A stretch of DNA of 39,424 nt from Candidatus Eiseniibacteriota bacterium (GCA_044229145.1 JBGATO010000034.1:1-39424); one strand, 5' to 3'. Numbered from the stretch's first letter, positions 29,960 to 39,031 are shown. The notes: a model not told the origin generated them from the letters alone. Translations and numbers: made by a program.

Positions 29960-31637
29960 GCGGCGCGGCGCGGCGGATGCGCTGGCGGTCACGACGTAGA
30001 TCCAAATCGTGTAGCCGACGACGCCGCTGGCTGCCGTGCGCATGTCCACGCGTAGCGCGCCGGGTCGTCGGCGCGATCGAGATTGAACAGCGTGTTGACC
30101 GAGATGGCGTACACCCCTGGATGTTCGGCGTGTTCCTCGTCCGCCGTGAACGGCCGCGCGCGGACGCCGTACGCCGCCGGGTCGGCTTCCCCGAAATAGG
30201 CGAAGGCGATCTCGCCGAGATGCTGGCGGCGTTGATACGCCGCGAGGTCGGGGAGGTCCTGCCCGAGATCGAGATTCGAATCGAGCAGCAGACGATACCC
30301 GTCGCGCGGCCCGCCGGCGAGCGCATTGAAGAACGCGTGGTGATGCGGGCCGAGCGCCGCCGCGTCGAGCGCCGACCAGAACACGCAGCCCGCCGCGAGC
30401 GCGAGCCGCGCCGTCGCCGTGCGCCGCGCGAACGCGGCGAGATGCGTCCCGTCGTCCGGCGCCGCCACCACACGCGCCCCGAGCACCAGCAGCGCCGGCA
30501 CGACGAGCAAGATGTGGCGGTACCCAATGTCGATCGGCCCGAGCATCGCGGTGACGAGGATCCACGCAGCGCCCGCGAGCAGCCAGCCTTCGACCGCGCG
30601 CATCCGACGCCACGCGAAGGACAGCGCGCCGAGCACCGCGAGCAGCAGCACCGGCAGCGCCGTCCTCACGAGGATCGTCACCGGGAAATAGGCGAGGAAG
30701 CCGTCTTGCGAGTACGCGCCGGCGAGGAAGGCGCGGTGTCCGAGGCGTCCGTGCACCATGACGTAGCTGATGCCGCGCCAGAACGCCGGCATAGGCACGT
30801 GCGCGCCGCCGATCGCGGAGGCGAATGGCCGCAGCGGCCCGTGGCCGAGCAAGCGGTCCACGCTGGCGTATGCCGCGTCGGCGCCCTGCGCTTGGAACAA
30901 CGGCCCGACCTCGAAGCCGTAGCACGCCCACAGCGTCACGAACGTCGCGCCAAGCAACGCCACTGCCGCGCCCGGCCGCCGCGCGCCGCGCCACCACGCC
31001 ACCGCGACGAACGGCGCCAACAAGAGCGCCGTGAACTTGCACGCGATCGCCACGCCGAAAAGCGCGCCGAGCACCGCGGCTTCCCGCGCCGACGCGCCGC
31101 GCGCCGTCCGCGCGCACAGCGCGAGCAACGCGCACGCCGCGAGCGCGACGCCGAAGTCGGTGTAGACGATGGACGATGCGGTGAGCAGATTCGGCTCGAA
31201 CGCGACGAGCCACGCGGCGACGACGCCCGCGAGCGCCCCGCCCGCACTCGCGGCGACGCGATACGCCAGCAACACCATCGCCACGCCGAGCAGTACGCAC
31301 ATCAACCTCGGCCACACCACGAGCCGGTGCGCGTCCGGCACCGCGAAGAACGCGCGCCCGACGTCCCACTCGACGGCGCGGCCGCTCGGCGTCCACTGCG
31401 CCGGCCACGCGGGCTGCAGCGCGAGCAGCGGCAGCGCCGCCCACATCTTGACCAGCGGCGGTTGCTCGACAGCCGGACGTCGTGGATGGCGAGCGCGTGG
31501 TAGCCCGCCGGAATGTGGATGATCTCGTCGTTGGCCGGCGCGTGATGCACCGCGTCGAGCACTGCCTGCGCGGCGAACACGCAGCACGCGATGGCCACCA
31601 GGGCGATGACGAGCGCGCGTGGCAGAGTCGGCGTCAC
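29956..31637 (-). pseudogene. ArnT/PMT-like (GT-C, GT39/GT83) membrane glycosyltransferase, frameshifted
   Basis: GTG at 31637 overlaps the GT4 stop. NDEIIHIPAGY, then a shift near 31470 to QPPLVKMWAALP...EPNLL...TD...KFTA...YFPV...IGYRHIL..DSNLDLGQDL. Further shifts near 30040 and about 29975. Confidence 0.7.
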
Positions 31638-32872
31638 GCGCGGCACGCGTCGACCGCCGCCGCCAGCTCGCGGACCAGCGCGACCTCGCGCCCGACGCGC
31701 ACCGCCCAACTTCCGGTGCGCCGCGCCGCGACGGCGCGCGCGCGGTCGCGCCAGGCGCCCGGCGGCGCCGCGAGCACCGGCGACCCGCGCCGCGACCGCG
31801 GTCGTCCGGCGCCGTGGTGAAGCCCGCCTCGCCGTCGCGGATCAGCGCCGCCGTCGCGCCCTCGGCAACCGCGACCACCGGCACGCCGCAAACCAGCGCC
31901 CGCACGTCGGGATGCCGGCGTTCGTCTGCTCCGACGTCGCCACGAAGACGTCGCTCGCGGCGAGCCACGCCGGCACGTCGTCGTGCGGCACCGCGCCGAC
32001 GAAGCGCACGAGATCCGCGACGCCAAGGTGCGCGCCAGCCCCTGCACGCCGCGCGCGCTCGGGCCGTCGCCGGCGATCACCACCAGCGTCGCCGCGCCGC
32101 GGCGCGCCGCGCGCAACGCCGGCGCCATGCGCACCACGCGATCGACGCGCTTGTAGCCGACCATGCGCGACAGCGACAGCACGACGCGCGTGTCCTCGCC
32201 GACGCCGAGCCGCGCGCGCACCGAGGCGCGCAACGGCGCGGGATCGACGTCGCCCCATTCGACGTTGCTGCCGTTGGGCCACCAGAGGAAGCGCGACGCC
32301 GGCACGCCTTCGCGCCGCGCCGCGACGTCGCCGCGCGTGCCGTCGTCGAGCGCGATCAATCGCGTCACCGGTGCGCGGTAGGCGTAGAGCGCCTCGGCGT
32401 TGGTGTACCAGTCGCCCCAGCGCGGTCGCCCGTCCACCACTAGATCGCGCACCCCGAACAGCTTCACCACCGACGCCGCGCCGCACACACGCGCCGCCCC
32501 GAGCGCCGCCGGCACGCCGTACGGCGAGTAGCCGAACACGACGTGCGGCCGCCAGTCGCGCGCCACGCGCATCGCCGCCGCCCGGCTGCGCCACGCGAAG
32601 CGCGGATACCACCACAGCCGCTTGCCCGGAGCCGGCATCCAGTGCCCGCTGGCGAAGGGATCGGGAAAGGTCGAGAAGCGCGCGCGGGCCGTCAGCGGAT
32701 CGCCCTGCGGGTCCGGCCCGCCGCCCGGCAACACGTACTGCACGTCGAAGCCCGCCGCGACGAAGCCGCGCAACGTCTCGTATTCGTCGGAGCAACCGGC
32801 GCCGCCCCCCATCGACCAGAAGGTCGGCCAGGGGGTGACGATCAACACGCGCGGCGCGGTGGGCGAGGGCAT
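31634..32872 (-). pseudogene. GT4 (GT-B) glycosyltransferase, internally frameshifted
   Basis: N-terminus RVLIVTPW...SRMVGYKRVD...IAGDGP. The C-terminal motifs VRFVGAVPHDDV...SDVFV and ALVCGVPVV...IRDGEAG lie in the two other frames (shifts near 32030, 31905 and 31795). Confidence 0.75.
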
Positions 32873-32878
32873 CGCGTG

Positions 32879-32907
32879 TGGATACGCCGCGCGGGCGGCA
32901 GTGTCAA
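32879..32907 (-). promoter_or_regulatory. Sigma-70-type promoter immediately upstream of the GT4 start
   Basis: TTGACA-N17-TATCCA, then 6 nt to the ATG at 32872. Confidence 0.5.
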
Positions 32908-32974
32908 GGGATGGGAGGCAAGGTGGCTTGACGAAAGCAGTACATCATCGCAGCCTGAGAGTGGCGCGGGCGCA

Positions 32975-33139
32975 CGCGAGGGTCGCAGGATGGAGTGCGT
33001 CGGGCCACTGCAGGGTACGGGACGGCTGGAGTGGGACGGCCGCACAGCGGACGGCCGGCGGGTGCGTGTTGGGATCTATTTCGTGGCCGTGCGCCACTCC
33101 GCGACAGCCGAGGTCTCGGTCGCACGAGTAGCCTGGTGA
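32975..33139 (+). pseudogene. Orphan FlgD-Ig-like C-terminal domain fragment
   Basis: Translates as REGRRMECVGPLQGTGRLEWDGRTADGRRVRVGIYFVAVR...VARVAW*. WDG...G..V..G.YF is the FlgD-Ig signature. No N-terminal passenger domain. Confidence 0.6.
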
Positions 33140-33165
33140 CGCACTTGTTGAAGCAGGAGGCGAAG

Positions 33166-34173
33166 ATGGTCGGACACTGTTGGTCGCATCGAGTGGTGCT
33201 CGCGGGAGTCGCCGTCGCGCTTGCCGGAGCGTGTCTTGCAGGCCGCGCCGCGGCCGCAGACACCACCCCGCAATTCGTGCGGGCCTGGGGCTCACTCGGC
33301 TCCGGGCAAGGCCAGTTCAACTATCCCGGCGCGATTCGCGTTGCCAAATCCGGGAATGTGTACGTGGCCGACACGAACAACCATCGCATTCAAGTGTTCT
33401 CAAATACAGGCGAGTTCCTATTCATGTGGGGCAGCTTTGGCACGGCGCCTGGGCAGTTTCAGTACCCGCAGGGGCTTGCGTTCGACGCGACGGGCAACGT
33501 CTACGTGACCGACTACCAGAACTACCGCATTCAGAAGTTTACGCCAGATGGGCAATTCATCCTGCAATTTGGCGGGCCGGGCAAGGGAGACGGGCAGTTC
33601 GGCACGACGAACACGTCAATGGAAGGGCCGTACGGCATCGCGGTGGACGCGGCAGGGGACGTCTACGTCGGAGATCAAGGCAACAATAGAGTCCAGAAAT
33701 TCACCGCAAATGGGCAGTTTCTCACGAAGTGGGGATCGTACGGGAGCGGTGCAGGACAATTCAGAGATGAGATGAGCGGGATGTGTGTTGATGCGCAGAG
33801 CAATGTGTATGTTGCGGATCCTCGCAGAAACGATGTGCAAGCGTTCAGTAGCTATGGGACCTATTTGACGGCATTCCATCCGGCTGCCTACGTAGAACCA
33901 CGAGACATGGCGCTCCTGCCAGATGGAAGGATAGCGGTTCTTATCGGCGGATGTGGCGTCCAGATTTACCGCCCCGATGGCTCAGAAGACACCTCATGGG
34001 GAGCGTGCGGAAACCTGCCCGGAGAATTCTACGGTCCCTACGGAATGGCGCTGGATGGGTTGAATAACTACTTCATTGCTGACACATACGCACATCGCAT
34101 CCAGCAATTCGCAGCTGACTATGTCCCGGTCCGCAGCAGCACGTGGGGGACCATAAAGGCGATTTACAGATGA
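33166..34173 (+). CDS. Secreted NHL-repeat beta-propeller protein with a C-terminal TWGxIKxxYR motif
   Basis: ATG after GGAGG, signal peptide, about 6 repeats of WGS.G...GQF..P.GIA.D..GNVYV.D..N.RIQ.F. Ends YVPVRSSTWGTIKAIYR*. Confidence 0.92.
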   Translation: MVGHCWSHRVVLAGVAVALAGACLAGRAAAADTTPQFVRAWGSLGSGQGQFNYPGAIRVAKSGNVYVADTNNHRIQVFSNTGEFLFMWGSFGTAPGQFQYPQGLAFDATGNVYVTDYQNYRIQKFTPDGQFILQFGGPGKGDGQFGTTNTSMEGPYGIAVDAAGDVYVGDQGNNRVQKFTANGQFLTKWGSYGSGAGQFRDEMSGMCVDAQSNVYVADPRRNDVQAFSSYGTYLTAFHPAAYVEPRDMALLPDGRIAVLIGGCGVQIYRPDGSEDTSWGACGNLPGEFYGPYGMALDGLNNYFIADTYAHRIQQFAADYVPVRSSTWGTIKAIYR

Positions 34174-34185
34174 GACGCGCGTTAG

Positions 34186-34392
34186 CTGGAGCGATCGAGC
34201 GCCGGCCTGGCATTCGACATCGCCGGCCGACGCGTGGGGCCGCTCCTTCGCCTGGAGTCGGCGGGCGGTGCCGGGACGTGGACGATCCCCGAAGCGACGA
34301 TTCGGGCCGCCATCCATCCGGGACTGTGGTTGCTCACGCTCATGCGCGAGGGGAAGGTGCTGGACCGGTATCCGTGGGTCGTAGTCAAGTAG
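34186..34392 (+). pseudogene. Orphan FlgD/T9SS-like C-terminal domain fragment (no convincing start)
   Basis: Translates as LERSSAGLAFDIAGRRVGPLLRLESAGGAGTWTIPEATIRAAIHPGLWLLTLMREGKVLDRYPWVVVK*. It has the FDIAGRRV and PG.W.L.L motifs and a terminal VVVK. Absent from the supplied ORF track. Confidence 0.55.
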
Positions 34393-34473
34393 GAACAGGC
34401 GGACCTTCGTTCGTGCGTGGCGCGTTGGAGCATTGCTGACCACCGGAAAGTCCCTCGCGGTTGCCCGGTGGCG

Positions 34474-34502
34474 TTGACACAGCGCGCGGCGCTCCCTACG
34501 CT
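34474..34502 (+). promoter_or_regulatory. Sigma-70-type promoter for the PBP operon
   Basis: TTGACA-N17-TACGCT about 50 nt upstream of the PBP start. Confidence 0.6.
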
Positions 34503-34552
34503 GCCCGGCCGTCGTCCCTCCCGTTCCGCCGTGTCCCGAGGACTTCGCGCCG

Positions 34553-37015
34553 ATGCCCGTTTGGCGACGCACCGCCGCCCCGTTGGCCTTGCACGACTCG
34601 ACTCCGCCGCCGCCTCGCGGCCGGCGCCGCCACTGGAAGCTCGTCGCCGCGCTGTGCGCCGTCGTGCTGCTGGCCGGCGTCGCCTGGGCGGGCTGGCTCA
34701 TGCACCAGCTCGACACCTTCAACGTCTCCGGCAAGGGCTGGAAGTTCGCCTCGCAGGTCTACGCCGACTGGACGACCCTCACGCCGGGCGCCGTGCTCAG
34801 CCGCCAGCGCGTCCTCGACGATCTCGAGGCGCTCGAATACAAAGAGTCGAAGGGCGTCCCACGCCAGCCGGGCGAGATGCGCGAGGTCGCCAACGGCGTC
34901 GAACTGGTGACCCGCGGCTTCCACTTCCCGGACGCCGAACGCAAGCCGCAGGGCGTGCGCGTCACCTTCAGCGGCGGCACCGTCCTCAAGGTCGAAGCGC
35001 TCGCGGACGGCGCGCCGCTCTCCGGCGTGCGCCTCGAACCGGTCAAGCTCGCCGACCTCCAGGACGCCGACAAGCAAGAGCGCACCTACGTCACGCTCAA
35101 GGATCTCCCGGTCGACCTGCGGCACGCGGTGGTGGTGAGCGAGGACAAGCGCTTCTACTCGCACGCCGGCATCGACCTGCGCGGCGTGATGCGGGCGATG
35201 GCGCGCAACGTCAAGGCCGGCGGCTTGCGCGAAGGCGGTTCGACGCTGACGCAGCAGACGGTGAAGAACGTCTTCCTGTCGCAGCAGCGCACGGTGTGGC
35301 GCAAGGCGAGCGAGGCGTTCCTCGCGGTGCTGATGGACGCGCGCTACTCGAAGGATCAGATCCTCGAGTTCTATCTCAATCAGATCTATCTCGGGCAGTG
35401 GGGCGCGAGTTCGATTGGCGGCGTGGAGTCGGCGGCGCGCTTCTACTTCGGCAAGCACGCGCACGAGCTGACGCTGCCGGAGGCGGCGACGCTCGCCGGC
35501 ATGATCCCGGCGCCCAACGCGTTCTCGCCGCACCGCAACGCCAAGGAATGTCTGCGCCGGCGCAACGTCGTGCTGAAGGACATGCTGACCGAGAAGTACA
35601 TCGACCAGGCGCGCTACGCGGCGGCAGTGGCCACACCGCTCACCGTCATCGACGAGCCGCCGTTGCCGGCCACCGCGGCGCCGTACTTCGTCGAGTACGT
35701 CTCGCAGCTGCTCGCCAAGCAGTTCCCCGGCAAGGCGCTCACCTCGAAGGGTCTGCGCATCTTCACGACGCTCGACCGCCAGATGGAGACGCTGGCGGAG
35801 TCGACGCTGGCGCAAGGCGTGCGCGAGTCGCAGCAACGCATCGCGTGGCGCGCCGACACGGTGGTGGCCGAGGGCGCGCTCATCTCGCTCGAACCGTCCA
35901 CCGGCGCCATCCGCACGCTGGTCGGCGGCAGCGACTATCGCCACTCGCAGTTCAACCGCGCGGTGGACGCGGTGCGGCAGCCAGGCTCGTCGTTCAAGCC
36001 GGTGGTGTACGCGGCGGCCATCGACGCGGTGAATCGTCCCGGCCACACCGCGGTCTTCACGCCCGGCACCGTGCTCGACGATACGCCCACCGAGTTCCCG
36101 TCGAAGGAAGGGCCGTGGAAGCCGCGCAACTACGAGGGTGACTACTACGGCAAGACGACGCTGCGGCATGCGCTCTACAAGTCGCTCAACGTCGCCACGG
36201 TGAACTTGTCGATGCAGGTCGGGCTCCAGACGATCATCGACTACGCGCACAAGCTCGGACTCGCCAGTCCGCTGCAGGCGGTGCCGTCGCTGGCGCTCGG
36301 CGTGTGCGAGGTGACGCCGATCGAACTCACCAGCGTCTACGCGACGTTCGCCAACGGCGGCGTGCGGCATGAGCCGTTCGCGGTGCGCGCGGTGCTCGAC
36401 ATGAAGGACAAGGTCGTCTATCAGCATGAGGCTCGTCCGGTGACCGTGTTGTCGCCGGCGGTGGCGTACGTGATGACCTCGCTGCTCGAGGACGTCATCG
36501 TGCGCGGCACCGGCAACCCGGCGCGTTCCATGTTCGGCTTCACCGCGCCCGCCGCCGGCAAGACCGGCACGACCAACGACGAAGTCGACGCATGGTTCGT
36601 CGGCTACACGCCATCGCTGGTGACCGGCGTGTGGGTGGGCGCGGATCGCGGCGGCGAACTCGGCCTCACCGGCGCGCAAGCCGCGCTGCCGGTGTGGGCG
36701 CGCTTCATGTGGAACGTCACCAAGGGCCGTCCGGTCGAGGACTTCGTCGCGCCGGCCGGCGTGACCACCGTGTCGATCGACGGCGACACCGGCTTGCTCG
36801 CGCGCGCCGACTGCTACAACGTCGTGCGCGTGCCGTTTCTCGCCGGCACCGAGCCGACCACCTACTGCGACCGCAATCACGAGCACGACTACTTCTCGGA
36901 GAGCTTCGCCGACACCACCGCGGTCTTCGAGGACAGCACGCTCTATCAAGACGAACCGCCCGCCAGCGACGAGGGCGCCGGCAACATCCACGGCCCCGCG
37001 CACGACGGCCGCTAA
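34553..37015 (+). CDS. Class A bifunctional penicillin-binding protein (PBP1B-like, with a UB2H-like region)
   Basis: N-terminal TM segment. Transglycosylase motifs EDKRFYSH.GID, GGSTLTQQTVKN, RKASE and YLNQIYLG. Transpeptidase motifs SSFK, SLN and KTGT. Confidence 0.95.
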   Translation: MPVWRRTAAPLALHDSTPPPPRGRRRHWKLVAALCAVVLLAGVAWAGWLMHQLDTFNVSGKGWKFASQVYADWTTLTPGAVLSRQRVLDDLEALEYKESKGVPRQPGEMREVANGVELVTRGFHFPDAERKPQGVRVTFSGGTVLKVEALADGAPLSGVRLEPVKLADLQDADKQERTYVTLKDLPVDLRHAVVVSEDKRFYSHAGIDLRGVMRAMARNVKAGGLREGGSTLTQQTVKNVFLSQQRTVWRKASEAFLAVLMDARYSKDQILEFYLNQIYLGQWGASSIGGVESAARFYFGKHAHELTLPEAATLAGMIPAPNAFSPHRNAKECLRRRNVVLKDMLTEKYIDQARYAAAVATPLTVIDEPPLPATAAPYFVEYVSQLLAKQFPGKALTSKGLRIFTTLDRQMETLAESTLAQGVRESQQRIAWRADTVVAEGALISLEPSTGAIRTLVGGSDYRHSQFNRAVDAVRQPGSSFKPVVYAAAIDAVNRPGHTAVFTPGTVLDDTPTEFPSKEGPWKPRNYEGDYYGKTTLRHALYKSLNVATVNLSMQVGLQTIIDYAHKLGLASPLQAVPSLALGVCEVTPIELTSVYATFANGGVRHEPFAVRAVLDMKDKVVYQHEARPVTVLSPAVAYVMTSLLEDVIVRGTGNPARSMFGFTAPAAGKTGTTNDEVDAWFVGYTPSLVTGVWVGADRGGELGLTGAQAALPVWARFMWNVTKGRPVEDFVAPAGVTTVSIDGDTGLLARADCYNVVRVPFLAGTEPTTYCDRNHEHDYFSESFADTTAVFEDSTLYQDEPPASDEGAGNIHGPAHDGR

Positions 37016-37033
37016 CCGATCGAGGAGACCGCA

Positions 37034-37576
37034 GTGACCCGACGCCGCAGCGAAACGCTCGACGACTTCTACCACTACTATCCGACCGTGGTCGCGCTCG
37101 TCACCGTGCAGGTGGGCGAGGAGCGCAACGCGATGCCCGCCGCGTGGCACTCGCCGGTGGCGCGCGTCCCGCCGCTCTACGGCGTGGCGATCGCGCCGAA
37201 GCGCCACACGCACGGCCTCATCCAGCAGGCGAAGGCGTTCGCCGTGAACTTCCTGCCGCTGGAGAAGGTCGATCTCATCTCGTCGCTCGGCTCGTCGAGC
37301 GGCCGCGACGGCGCGAAGGCCACCGACGCGGACCTGTGGCTGCCGGAGGACGGCGCGGTGCCCGGCGCGCCGGTGCTCGCGGATGCCTACGCGGCGTATC
37401 AGTGCACGCTCGAGGCGTCCCAGCCCTTCGGCGACCACGACTGGATCGTCGGCCGCATCGCGATGGTGCACACCATCGAGGAAGCGTTCGACGCCGACGG
37501 CGTCATCACGATGAACGGCCACACGCCGGCGCTCTACATCGGCAAGTACAAGTTCATCGCGCCGGCGAAGTCGTAA
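37034..37576 (+). CDS. Flavin reductase-like (DIM6/NTAB family) protein
   Basis: P.VVALVT...RNAMPAAW...PPLYGVAI..KRHT...F.VNF, C.L....GDHDWIVG motifs. GAGGAG RBS. Confidence 0.88.
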   Translation: MTRRRSETLDDFYHYYPTVVALVTVQVGEERNAMPAAWHSPVARVPPLYGVAIAPKRHTHGLIQQAKAFAVNFLPLEKVDLISSLGSSSGRDGAKATDADLWLPEDGAVPGAPVLADAYAAYQCTLEASQPFGDHDWIVGRIAMVHTIEEAFDADGVITMNGHTPALYIGKYKFIAPAKS

Positions 37577-37589
37577 GCGGAGGGGAGAC

Positions 37590-38957
37590 ATGTCAATGCG
37601 GCGGATGCTTCAGGTGCTCTCGATGGTGGCGGTGCTCGGTGCCGCGTCTGGCGGCTCGGCGCGCGCGGCGGACGCGCCCGCCGTCCCCGGCGTCCCGCCC
37701 AATCTCAAGGGCCGGCCGCTCAGCATGATCTCGCCGGCGATCGCCGTGCAGGCGTGCAAGGCGGTCGACAAGGAGCAGATGCTGGCGGATGTTTCGGCGC
37801 TGGTGGCGTGCGGGACGCGGCACACGCTGTCCGACACCACGTCGTCGACGCGCGGCATCGGCGCGGCGCGGCGCTACATCTACCGCCGCATGCAGGACGC
37901 GGCGCGCACCAGCGGGGGGCGGATGACGGTGGCGTACCAGCCGTTCGACGTCGGCGTGCCGACGGTGAAGGGCGGTCCGGTGCGTCCGGCGCGTCTCGTC
38001 AACGTGATCGCCACGTTGCCGGGCACCGATCCGGCGTGCAAGCGCGTGTACGTCATCGGCGGCCACTACGACTCGCGCGCCACCGACCTCGCCGACTCGC
38101 TCGGCGACGCACCCGGCGCCGACGACGATGCCTCGGGCACCGCGGTCGTCCTCGAGGCCTGCCGCCGGCTGGCCACCGTGCGGGTGCCCGCCACCGTCGT
38201 GTTCGCCGCGTTCGCCGGCGAGGAGCAGGGGCTGCTCGGCAGCGACTACTTCGCGAAATGGGCGAAGCAGCAGGGCTGGCAGATCGACGGCATGTGGGCG
38301 AACGACATCGTCGGTGGCACCCACGCGCCGCGCGGCGTGGCGGACTCGACGCACATGCGGCTGTTCTCGGCCGACCCGCCGTCGTCGCCGAGCCGCGAGC
38401 TCGCACGCTACACGTTGCGCGCCAGCTCGGGCCTCGAGCCGAACGTGGCGATCCGTCTCGTCGCGCGCTCCGACCGCCAAGGCCGCGGCAGCGATCACCT
38501 GTCGTTCAACGCGCAAGGCTACGCGGCGGTGCGCTTCTGCGAGCCGATCGAAGACTACCGCCGCCAGCACCAGAAGCCGCGCGTCGAGAACGGCGAGCGC
38601 TACGGCGACGAACTGCAGTACATCAACCCCGCCTTCCTGGCCTCCGCAGCGCGCATGAACATCGGCACCGTGGTCGATCTCGCGAGCGCCGCGGCGCCGG
38701 TGGACAGCGCGACGGTGAGCGGCATCGCCGAGCCCGACGTCCACGTGCGCTGGTACGCGCCGCCGGATGCGCGCCGCCAAGGCTTCAAGGTGCTGCGCCG
38801 CGCCACCACGGCGTCCAACTGGCAAGAGGAGTTCTGGGTCGGCGAACGCACCGAGATCACGATTCCGGCGCAAACCGTCGACGACAATGAGTGGGCGGTG
38901 GTCGCCGTCGGTCAGGATGCCGAATCGCACGCGGTGCCGTGCCGTCTGGTGCGCTGA
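37590..38957 (+). CDS. Secreted M28-family metallopeptidase with a C-terminal FN3-like domain
   Basis: Signal peptide, GTRHTLS, GGHYDSR, GADDDASGTA, GEEQGLLGS, NDIVG, GSDHLSF and QHQ motifs. Confidence 0.92.
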   Translation: MSMRRMLQVLSMVAVLGAASGGSARAADAPAVPGVPPNLKGRPLSMISPAIAVQACKAVDKEQMLADVSALVACGTRHTLSDTTSSTRGIGAARRYIYRRMQDAARTSGGRMTVAYQPFDVGVPTVKGGPVRPARLVNVIATLPGTDPACKRVYVIGGHYDSRATDLADSLGDAPGADDDASGTAVVLEACRRLATVRVPATVVFAAFAGEEQGLLGSDYFAKWAKQQGWQIDGMWANDIVGGTHAPRGVADSTHMRLFSADPPSSPSRELARYTLRASSGLEPNVAIRLVARSDRQGRGSDHLSFNAQGYAAVRFCEPIEDYRRQHQKPRVENGERYGDELQYINPAFLASAARMNIGTVVDLASAAAPVDSATVSGIAEPDVHVRWYAPPDARRQGFKVLRRATTASNWQEEFWVGERTEITIPAQTVDDNEWAVVAVGQDAESHAVPCRLVR

Positions 38958-38974
38958 GACAGCATCGCCGCACG

Positions 38975-39020
38975 ACGCACAGGGCCGCGGAGTGGCGAGA
39001 CTCCGCGGCCCTGCGTGCGT
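38975..39020. terminator. Strong hairpin between convergent genes (probable bidirectional terminator)
   Basis: cagggccgcggagt-ggcgag-actccgcggccctg 14-bp perfect stem, extended by acgca/tgcgt. Confidence 0.7.
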
Positions 39021-39031
39021 TCAGACGTGCG

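Noticed and set aside
28340..31444. 1034-aa minus-strand ORF suggesting a giant fusion protein
   Set aside because: The N-terminal half is Arg/Ala-rich off-frame translation of the GT-C gene. Only parts correspond to real GT-C and flippase sequence, joined by frameshifts.
33270..34110. Repeated gggcagtt(c/t) and tacgt segments resembling a DNA repeat array or CRISPR
   Set aside because: They are degenerate codon-level echoes of NHL protein repeats, with no identical repeats and no unique spacers.
34171..34185. Selenocysteine/pyrrolysine or alternative-code readthrough fusing NHL to the downstream CTD
   Set aside because: It needs readthrough of both TGA and TAG. Both are ordinary stops for many genes here, and the TWG tail is normally terminal.
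34496..37591. 1031-aa antisense ORF, and similar long shadow ORFs at 19982-22411, 9739-11625, 8796-10790 and 2765-4555
   Set aside because: These overlap well-supported genes on the opposite strand or in another frame and have no motifs. They are expected in roughly 70% GC DNA, where stop codons are scarce.
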